Shown one piece after another: positions 54,844 to 64,000 of a stretch of 64,000 bases of DNA. The notes under the pieces were generated by a model. That model worked only from the letters and a program-made list of their open reading frames with translations. It was not told the origin of the DNA and made no database searches. The stretch is from Gekko japonicus (taxonomy: Eukaryota), in NCBI RefSeq assembly GCF_001447785.1, contig NW_015163125.1, positions 256,344 through 320,343 of the forward strand. Reading direction: 5' to 3'. Each line of letters begins with the position of its first letter. Position 1 is the stretch's first letter. The translations under genes and the position numbers were made by a program.

Positions 54844-55668
54844 CTAGCGGAGCTTCTTGCCCAGCAGATGCCTGGCGCTTTTGAGCGGCTGTTTGGGGGC
54901 GCTGCCGTGCATTTTGGACAAGGGGCAGTACTTGATCGTGTGCGCGTTGTCCCCGCTCGCCCCGCACAGCGGGCATGTGTACCGCCGCAGCACCGGGCAT
55001 AAGACCCTGCCGTCGGGTCCCTTGAGGATGTGCGTGGTGTACAGGGCCACGGCTTCCTTGTTATTCCGGCAGAAGACGCAGACTTGCAATTCCGGCTTCA
55101 GGAGCCTCGAGCCGCTTTTCTGGGGCGCCTGCAGCCGGCTGTTTACTACCAAGCGGCCCCCCCACGCGTGGGGCGAGCGGTCCCGCTCCAGGTGATCCGC
55201 GGAGCAATTAAACACCACCGAGCCCGGGCTGGCGCGGCCAGAGAACGGGCTGAAGTCGGCGAAGCGCTCCTCCAGCAGGCTTTCGCCGTGGTTCAGGTGG
55301 TGGTGGTGGTGGTGGCCGCACAAATCGAAGTCGGGTAGGTCCAGCGAGTTCTCGAAATAAGGGGGGCCCACTTCTTCTTCCTCCTCCTCCTCCTCGTCTT
55401 CCTCCTCCTCCTCCCCTTCCTCCGCCGCCTGGACCTGCTGCACGGTGGCTGCCACCACCACCGAAGAGGGCCCGGTCCTGAAGCCCTGCTCGTGGCTCAC
55501 CGCCTTGGTGATCAGAGTGGCCAGCCCCAGGTAATCGTTCCAAGAGTTAAACGCGTTCCCGTAGGCGCCGTGGCTCTTCGCGCCGTACCTGCTGGCCCCT
55601 TGCAAAAACTCCACGGGCTGCTGGTGGTGGTGGTGCTTCTCCAGCTTGCCGGGGTGGAAAGTCTCCAT
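54844..55668 (-). CDS. NANOS1: Nanos homolog 1 (single coding exon, 274 aa)
   Basis: METF start. NOT1-interacting motif FNSWNDYLGLATLI and two CCHC zinc fingers (CVFCRNN...HILK...CP; CPLCG...HTIKYCP). Ends GKKLR*. Syntenic with EIF3A. Confidence 0.96.
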   Translation of the reverse strand: METFHPGKLEKHHHHQQPVEFLQGASRYGAKSHGAYGNAFNSWNDYLGLATLITKAVSHEQGFRTGPSSVVVAATVQQVQAAEEGEEEEEDEEEEEEEEVGPPYFENSLDLPDFDLCGHHHHHHLNHGESLLEERFADFSPFSGRASPGSVVFNCSADHLERDRSPHAWGGRLVVNSRLQAPQKSGSRLLKPELQVCVFCRNNKEAVALYTTHILKGPDGRVLCPVLRRYTCPLCGASGDNAHTIKYCPLSKMHGSAPKQPLKSARHLLGKKLR

Positions 55669-55839
55669 CGGGGAAAAAGGGGGCGGCCGGGGGCGGGGAG
55701 AGAGCCCCGATCGCTCTCCAGGACAAATCTGCGCCTCGCTCTTCCCGGCGATCTCCGGAATCAACAGCGCTCACCGCGCTCCAAAACAGCAGCCGCAAAC
55801 TCCGCCTCCTCCTCTGTGAGCCCTTTAGTGCTTGCAGCT

Positions 55840-55960
55840 GCTGAAATAGATACATGCGGAGGGGGCGGGAGGGACGGAGGCGGTGCAGCCCAAGGGCCGC
55901 GCTCTAATTGGCCACCGGCCAAAGCTGCCCCGCCGTCCGGGACGCTTCTTATTGGCCGAG
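55840..55960 (-). promoter_or_regulatory. NANOS1 proximal promoter (two CCAAT boxes, GC boxes, CpG island)
   Basis: ATTGG at 55906-10 and 55951-55 (CCAAT on - strand), GGGGGCGGG at ~55861, TATCTATTT TATA-like element at ~55843-52. Confidence 0.55.
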
Positions 55961-57425
55961 GAGGGCTGAGCACCCTTTCATCTCTTACAGCTGGGCATGG
56001 ACGTTGATTTGGAGAGCTTTGATCTGGCGCAGGTACGAGGCCCAAGAATGCGTGGATTAGAAAGGCAGGAGACCTTGTCTTCTCAAAGGTTACCAAATAA
56101 GGCAGAGCCTGTCCACAGGCACATAGAAGCATAGCATTTTCCTCTTACAATGGAATGACTTAAAACAGAAGCCTTTCACACACATGAGGGCAGATACCAT
56201 GCCCTATTATTTCACCACAGATCGTTCTGAGTCATGATAGCCAGGAACAGAGAAGAGTATCTGTGCAGCAATTAGGGTTGTCCCTGTTGTGTTCAGTTTC
56301 AACAGACAGAAATCGTTATAGTGTAGAGATGCAGGGATGAAAAAAGCATCACTTGTTGATCTTTGCCTTTTGTATCACTGTTAAGAATCCCCCCACATCC
56401 GGATGCTGAACAATAGCCCATGAAATGATCGTGAATTGATTGAAGTCGTCCCCTGTTCTACTTTCACTTCCTTTTGTCCTCCTACAGCTGTGCCTGTGAC
56501 AGTGTTCAGAAGGCTCTTGCAGGTTACATCCTCACCCCTCCGAGAAGCTGCTAAGCTGCCTTTAGGAACTACCTGCAGGAAACATCTTGCTCACCTTGAC
56601 AGTCACAGAGCCAAGGCAGGGGCCCCTGGGATGCTGGTAGGCCTGATAGTTGCCCAGTTTGCTTCTGTGACTGGGCCCTGCCCTCATAGGCAACAACTGG
56701 GTCTTTGAGCCGATGGGCTCCATGGATTCTCACTGACCCACTGTTTGCTTGTGGATTGCAAGCATTTCCCTGCAAAATGTCACAAGAAAAAACATTAGAT
56801 TATTTAAAGTGGGGCCTCCGTACCATTCACAGATTACATGAGATAATGGCAATTCTTATGCGTGGACTTTTCTCCTGCTGATTATTCTGCTGTTCCTTTT
56901 ATGCACATCCAGGCACACACGTTTTCTGCACGTCTCCTTTACTACCAAACAAAATGTTAATGATTCTTCCTGGCTTGATTAAGCATCAGCCTGGAATCCA
57001 TACCCACTTTTGCTCACCTGCATCATAGTTCCCTGACTGTTATACCTATATGACCATCTTCCTTTTCCTGTTTTCTTTAAACATCCTGTTTGTCTTCACA
57101 CCTGAAGAATAGTTTAATTCACCCCCTGATGAAAATACATGAATAGCATTGGATTCATGTTTATTCAAGAATGAGTGCCTGATTTCTGTTTTGTTTTCAA
57201 GCTCTGTAGGAAAAACATGTGTAAGATTAAAAGAGCAATCCTAAACAGAGTTGCGCCCTTCTAAATCTATTGCATTCAGTAGGCTTACAATGCCATAACT
57301 CTTCAAGGGGTACAACCCTGTAAATTGAGGTGCATGTGGAAGGGGGAACGAAAAAGGGCTGATTCCCTTCTGAAATCACACTGCTCTTAAACTGTAAACA
57401 AGCTCCATGGGGAAAGGGGAGGAGG

Positions 57426-57891
57426 CAGAGGTCATTTCGGGGGGGATTGCGGGGGATCGCAGTTCCCCCAAGTGAGGTACGGGGGCGGGGCACATGACGA
57501 AGCCCCGCCCCCTGCTTCCGGCCGTCCTGCTTCCGGCCCTCATTCAGCCAGGAGGAGGCAGGAGAAGAGGGAGGGTAAGTTGCTTCCTCCCTGCCTCTCC
57601 CCACCCCTGCCTGCCTGGGGCCAGGGAGGGCCTTCGCGGGGCTTCCTTGCACTCTCGCTGGTCTTGCAGGTCCACCGCCGGGCCCCTCATGGGGCTCGGC
57701 AGTGGAGCTGCAAGGCCGGCGTCGGCGGTCGGGACCGTTGGGGGCGGGGTGTGTGGCCTTATGACACACTTCCAGTGATGTCAGGGGGTGTGGCCTTATG
57801 ACACACTTCCTGTGATGTCAGGGAGTGTGGCATATGCTAATGAGTTATGCTAATGAGTTCCCCTAGCTCTTTTTCTACGAAACGACCCCTG
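57426..57891. mobile_element. Non-autonomous hAT element with octamer motifs (family of 7358-7781)
   Basis: TIRs CAGAGGTCATTTCG / CGAAACGACCCCTG; perfect TSD GGAGGAGG (57418-25, 57892-99). Confidence 0.85.
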
Positions 57892-59627
57892 GGAGGAGGT
57901 CATCCTTTATTTTGTCTGATAAACAGAGAAGTGAAGAGCAGTCCTTTATAGTCCCATGAACAAGCAATTCAGAAGCAGAATAATTTGCTATTATATTTTT
58001 TAAAAAGGAGCATACATGTATCTGCTGCCTCTTTGTTTTCTGCTCGCTCCATGTCAAAAGTCCTGTTTATTGAAGTTGGAAACTGCTTCATGGGACTTTC
58101 TCCTATAGAGTTCCCAGATTCCATTCCACTCCCAACCTACTTAATATGAATATGGCTTCATATTACATAGGTTGGGAGCAGAATGGACGGTCATCACAAT
58201 GTGGGTGACGCTCAACCCATTTCTCTTTTTCATCTTAGCCAGGTAAGCAGACTCTGTGGATTCAGCACCCGAGAACACAAGATGCCAATGACTATTTTTT
58301 GCATGAAAATTCCACAAAATCATTCTCTCCAAATCTTGGCCTCAGCTTGCTGTTTGTAGCAGTTACTTCCAAGAGGGCATGACCCAGCTGGGAAACCTCT
58401 TACTTTGGATCCCTTATGAAATGCTTTGCAGCCAAAAATATGGGAAGCCTGTTGGGCCATGATGCCTGAAAAAATAAAGTTGACGGTTATCACTGATCTT
58501 GCTGCTTGTTGTGTCTCTGCAGCTCTTGACACAGAGACACACAGAGGCTGTTATTGGTGGGCGAGAGAAGAGAAAATCAGAGAGCCAACTTTGCAACTCT
58601 GCCGCATTTTATAACATTGTAGTTGCACCCTCCAGCTAACTTCAGTCGAAGTAAATCCTAAACCATCCCTGGAATGAGGACTGTGCAGCCATGGACAACT
58701 CTGATGGCAGCAGCCACTGAGAGGCAGGATGGTGGCGTCCTTCTTCTGGCCAGGAGCTGCTGTGACTTCTCTGACCAGCCACAACAGTGTTGGTGGTTGG
58801 GGGCATGGCAGTTGTGCTGTCCCTCAACTCCCAGAGAACTGTCAGGACTCAGCTCCCCATGGTGACGTGAGAGGAAAGGAGTTAAGCCAGAAGGCCATCT
58901 AGGCTAAACCCCTGCAGGAAGGACTGAGCTATGCACCCAGCATGTCACTTTTCATAAGCAGAATACAGATGCAGAGAGATACCTTCAAAGAAAGGAATTC
59001 CAAAGATTTGTGCAAGCCACCAGGCACATGGTGCATTATGTAAGGCCATGTCCCATCAATTCTACATCTCCTGGAGTTCAGTGGGGCTTGTGTAAAAATT
59101 CCTCCCTGAACTCCAGATATGGTGACTAGTAAACCCTGATTGTGAGCAAAATTCAGTCACTGAATAACAGCAAAGGTAGCTGAATATCCAATTTTTAGCC
59201 CTGATTGGGGCAACATTAGAGAGCTCTGTTCGTATTTCCATGTTCCATAAACTTCCCCTTCCCTACAAAGTGGTGATCCAGAGTTACAGAAATAAAATCT
59301 GGGACTACAAAATATTGCTTAGTGCCATGGATGGATTATATTCAGGTAATATTATTCTTGACATCACACAGGTAATATCTGAAAACTATACATATAAAGC
59401 TTGGAGGTTATCTTGCAGGGTTTACTGCACTAAGGCGGGGTTAACTACATCTAAGTATTTGTACCAGATTAACCGATATATGAAGTATATGCATTTGTTT
59501 GAGTTCACTAACTTAATGCTTGAAATCAAAATTCAGTCTTTCTAGACATCTCCACTTAAAGGGTTTACGGAACACCAATATGTGGATGTGGTAATAGGCT
59601 GGGAGAGAGCTAATAAAATGAAAGACT

Positions 59628-60250
59628 ATGGCCTGGGGTAGAGCATTTGCTTTGCACACAGAGGGTCCTGGGTACAATCCCATGCATCTCCAGTTAAAAG
59701 GGTCAAGTAGTAGTAGTTGTGAAAACCTCCATCCGACACCTAGAGAGCTGCTGTCAGTCAGAGCAGACAAGACTAACTTTAACAGACCAACAGCCTGACC
59801 TCACTATAGACAGCTTCATGTGTGTGCACATTCACATGAAGCCCAACCCAGATAAGACAAGGATGCTGTTGGCAGGTGTGAGTGCTGGTCAAGGTGTTGG
59901 GAGACAGCCAGCTCTGGATAGGGTTGCAGTTAGATCCAATCTTAAAGACAGAGAGGCAAATCTCCACCTTACTTGTAGCACCTTTTTCCAGCTTCGACTG
60001 CTTTGCCACCTAAAAGCCTTTCTCAAAAGGCAGGCTCTAGCCATACTGGTACCTATGCTGATAATCTCAAAATAAGATTACTGTGATGTTCTCCATTGGG
60101 GGGGGGGGGCTGCCTTTAAATAGTTTGGAAACTTCCACTGGTTAAGAACACAGCTGCCCTTTTTATTGGCTGGCTGGGGTTAGTTACTGTCAACATACCA
60201 CCCTGAATTTTAAAAGATCTCTGTTTTCTGGCTCAGTTCAAAGCACCTGT
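59628..60250 (+). mobile_element. tRNA-derived SINE followed by a degraded L2 fragment
   Basis: GGTAGAGCATTTGCTTTGCA..GGTACAATCCC head; downstream KPNPDKT..FFQLRLLCHL and GATTACTGTGATG are L2-like. Confidence 0.55.
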
Positions 60251-60989
60251 TGTTAGATGCCTCAAGCTCCTTTTGGGGAGGTGAGCTGAACTATTTAAAA
60301 ATAATGTAAGAAATAAAAATAAGAACACACCAAACACACCTATTAACAGCCAAAGATTATTGTGCGCCAGAAGCAAACAGCAGAAAAATTATCACAGTGC
60401 TTCAGACTGGAGACATAAAATACCCTTTGTGAGACAAATGGAATTCTGAAATGTTTTTATCACCAGTTGCAATATATAAAATACTATTATTGCTTTCCAG
60501 CTCAATTGGGTGGCTTGCTGTGCGCAGCAAAGTGGGCTCGGTTTCCTCTTTCAGAGGTGATATTTCCTTCACTGTTGCTAGGACAACCTTGATTCCTAGC
60601 CCTGACACGAGCATCCCTTGTAATTAAATACAGATTACTGTGTATTATTGGGATTTAATCAACTGAAATATTAAACATTGTCAAAGAACTCTTAGGACAG
60701 GAGCCTGAGAAACTAAGGGGAAAATCATCCCTCCACTGCAGCTGATGAGAGTTTTGCAGTCAAGTAGCTAGAGCTAGTTTGCATCACAGTTGTGGCATTA
60801 AGTTGTGTGCCTGTGTGCTTGTATTCCTCTCCTCAGATTTGACCTCTACCTATCAGCAGGTTCAGTTAGCAGCTAATTTCTAACATCTGTTGTACAAAAA
60901 ATGGGGCTGTGACCTCCATCACATCAAACTACCACTGACTTGATAGTTTCCATCTGCTGTCCTCCCCTTCCTTCCTGGAGCTCAGGGTT

Positions 60990-61132
60990 GCGTTCTCCAC
61001 TTTATCCTCACAAGAACCTGGTGAGGCAGGGTATGCAGACAGAGCAGGTGACCGGCCCAAGGTCACCCAATGAGCTTTATGGCTTAATGAGGATTCGGAC
61101 CAAGTCTCCTAGTCTGACATTCTAACCACTAT
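60990..61132 (-). mobile_element. Old tRNA-derived SINE
   Basis: TTTATCCTCACAAGAACC..GGCCCAAGGTCACCCA..CCTAGTCTGACATTCTAACCACTA (reverse of the 47968 family). Confidence 0.6.
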
Positions 61133-61375
61133 ACTGTACCATGGCATTGGCCCACCCACCATGCCTCCCTTATAACCCAGAATTAGTGATTTGGCACCTG
61201 CTGTGCTCAGCGGCACCTCAGGGAGCAGGGGCACCCATCACACAGGGTTCCCTATTCACCCACTCTCATAATCAGCTGTCATGAGCCCTTTATTTACTCT
61301 CGTTTATACACAGCAAAAAGGGTGCTGTCCCTTTAATTTGTCTTTGCAGTCCCTTCCATGGGTATGCAGCCTGCC

Positions 61376-61997
61376 TAGGGCGTATTTTTGGGCAGGAACA
61401 CACAGGAACGGAGTTCCGGCTGGCTCCCAAGTTGGCCACACCCAGCAGGAACTCATTAGCATAATAGGCCACACCCAACAGCAGAAACTCATTAGGATTG
61501 GCTACATTAGGGGTGTGTGGCCTAACATGCAAAGGAGTTCCTGCTACAAAAAAAGCCCTGGGTTTTGACCACAAGCAAGGTAAACAGAATAAGAAACAAA
61601 AGGTAGGTGTGGCTGGATGACCACACTTCTGGTAACATGGGGATGCGGCTTAATATGCTAATGAGCATGCATGGCTAAAGGGGGAAGGCCTGGAGAGCAA
61701 CCCCCCCCCCCCGGTAACTCCGAGGTGGGCAAGCCAGGGGGGCCCCAGCAAGGATCGGGGAGGCATTTAAATGCCTCCCTGTGCCTCCCCTGGCCTGTCC
61801 AAGGGCTGGCTTACCCAGGCTCCCTGCAACTGCGGGACACCCAGGCAAACCAAGGGGAGGCATGGAATGTGGCCTAATATGCTAATGTGCTGTGCTGTCG
61901 GGGGTGTAGCCTAATATGCTAATGAGTTTCTGCTGTTGGGTGTGGCCTATTATGCAAATGAGTTCCTGCTGGACTTTTTCTACAAAAAAAGCCCTGG
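61376..61997. mobile_element. Cluster of octamer-rich hAT MITEs with a long internal inverted repeat
   Basis: Two CTACAAAAAAAGCCCTG ends (61560, 61997); repeated GTGGCCTAATATGC(T/A)AATGAG units. Confidence 0.75.
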
Positions 61998-63715
61998 GCG
62001 TAGCCCTCTGCTGCATGATCCTCTTTGCCTCCAGCCCCAGAGCCTTTTCCTTTCTTGAGAGCTGTGTTTGCTTCTCCCTCAAGCAAGCCACCTAAAAGCT
62101 TTCCCTTGACAGTCTCCTTTCCTCGAAGTTCTTCCCCTCCTCTTCCCGCTGAGCCTGCCTTTTTATTTGGTTCTGGCCTGGAGAAGAAGAAGCTGCCCTG
62201 CCCTTTGAGAACTCAGCTGGGCTGGCAGTGGTGCAGGGCTCACATGTGGCTCTCATAGTCCTCCTTCCACCACCACCACGACCATAAAAACCCTATGCAT
62301 TTTGCCCTTGCTGAGAAGAGCATAGGTAGTAAATTTGGAACGGTGCAGAGAAAAATAGCATAGCCCTTGTGCAAGGGTGACACAAAAGTTTAAGAGAAAA
62401 AAGGCTTGCTTCAACAACATGTGTGCTAAAATTTGAAACGAGGCAGTGAAGAATAGCCTGGCTTGATGGGAGAAAGTCAGATTTCTTACTGGAGAGAGGA
62501 GCATGAGGAAGTGACCTTCCAGCCTCTTGCGTAGGATTCTGCCAGGACCCATTTGCTGCGGCAGGTAACCTTGATCTGCAAGGGTGGTGGTGCTGTGCTT
62601 GGCAATAAACCTTCTGAGATTCACAGGTGATCTTCACTTGTGGATGGTGCTTCTTGTCAATGGAAGCAAAAACAACTTTGATGGATCTGTGTTTACTTGA
62701 CAACCTGGGTGTGTCTCAACTGCATTTTCTCACCATCACTTTCTGTTTTTAGGACATTGATTTGCAGTCACTTTGGGGAACTGAATGAACGTAAGGTACA
62801 GTAAAGAAAGAAGACCTGTTACTGACTCTGTCAATATGCGAGAGAGCACAGAAAGGATACAGAGGAGCATAATGATATCCCTGATAATGTAAGTGTTTTA
62901 AAATGTTCCTGTTATTCATATGATAATTATGGGAGTGCTAATATACAGAGGGGAATAGTATATGTGAATGCTAAAAGAATATTATTCCATTGATTTCATT
63001 TTGTAACTATCATATGGTGAACGATAGCTTTCCATTGACTGAACTATTTGTAGTGTCAATACAGTTTTTAAGGTTTTTCCTGATAACCGTGCATTGGTCA
63101 TGGGGCTGGGAGTCACCTTATTGTTTGCATGGGAAAACCCTACCTCCTCTGGCACTGAGTCAGGCTGAGCATAGAAAAGTTTGATTGTGCCCCCTTTTGC
63201 CTCTGTTTGTTTCCTTATGTTGTTGCTGTGAGCATTTTGATTTCTGGTGTTCCTGATTTAGTTTGTTTTAAGCCATTTTTATGCAATTGGCATCATATAT
63301 GCCATTTGAATGCAGTTGACTTAAAATTACATAAGTCTTACATGAAAAATCAGGCACAAAGAATCAAAATGGTATATGGGGAGATGCTAACTGCCTTAAT
63401 GTGGAAGGGGAAAGTGTCTATCTGCTGCCGTTCCACGCTTTGCTTCCCTTCAGCAGCTGCAGCAGTCGTGGTGAATGTCTGGCACAGAATTGGGGCAGAT
63501 GTTCTTCAGAGTCTCCTTCCCCTTTCTCTAAACTCTCTGTCATCACTGGGTAGATACCATAATCCCTCAGAACTCTCAGTGGTGTCTGTGGGAGGTGTTC
63601 TTGGGGGGAGTACAGATTCCTCTCCCCAACGTTCTTGTTGATGTGTGTTCCTTACAGTGGAATCCTAAACAGAGTTATCATCTTCTAACCAATGGGCTTA
63701 GCAGGGTATAACTGT

Positions 63716-64000
63716 TTAAAGGTAAAGGTTCCCTTGCTTGAAAGCCAGTCGAGTCCGACTCTAGGGTTGCGGTGCTCATCTCCGTTTCAAAGCCGAAGAG
63801 CCAGCGCTGTCTGAAGACATTTCCGTGGTCATGTGGCCGGCATGACTAAACACCAAGGCGCACGGAACGCTGTTGCCTTCCCACAGAAGTGGTACCTATT
63901 TATCTACTTGCAATTTCTTGCTTTTGAACTGCTAGGTTGGCAGGAGCTGGACCTAGAGACGGGAGCTCACTCCGTCATGCGGCACCCGGGTCTTGAACTG
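63716..64000 (-). mobile_element. Sauria SINE (truncated by window end)
   Basis: (AAAGGT)n tail and body nearly identical to the 9452 and 48827 copies. Confidence 0.88.

Noticed and set aside
55669-55764. ORF-track start of NANOS1 at 55764 (306 aa)
   Set aside because: That start is TTG. The ATG at 55668 (METF) fits the known NANOS1 N-terminus.
54761-56132. Overlapping ORFs on both strands around NANOS1
   Set aside because: Expected in very GC-rich sequence; no recognisable domains.
62253-63641. 123-144-aa ORFs and an AG/GT-bounded 38-nt segment (62753-62790)
   Set aside because: No homology, codon bias or linked exons visible; not enough to call a gene or lncRNA.

Overview
Eukaryotic (vertebrate) genomic DNA, almost certainly a squamate reptile and probably a gecko (inferred from its Sauria/Squam-type SINEs, BovB and hAT families). 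It covers the conserved DENND10(FAM45A)-EIF3A-NANOS1 block. DENND10 coding exons 1-6 lie on the - strand and the gene runs off the left edge. EIF3A is complete on the + strand (22 coding exons, 11982-46908, 4143 nt, 1380 aa), head-to-head with DENND10 and with a TCT/5'TOP-type promoter. Single-exon NANOS1 (274 aa) is on the - strand, convergent with EIF3A. EIF3A introns 8 and 9 each host a SNORA19 H/ACA snoRNA. The best novelty candidate is an unrecognised ~300-nt element in EIF3A intron 9 (22205-22505). It has a canonical box C/D terminal motif enclosing a long hairpin and an H/ACA-type hairpin, so it may be a composite sno/scaRNA. Other notable items: a recently homogenised 30-nt coding VNTR in EIF3A exon 19, a duplicated in-frame splice donor, an RT-less 1.87-kb retroposon nested in a hAT element, octamer-rich hAT MITEs upstream of NANOS1, and a probable solo LTR between the divergent promoters. 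All exon boundaries and TSDs were read by eye; no database search was possible.
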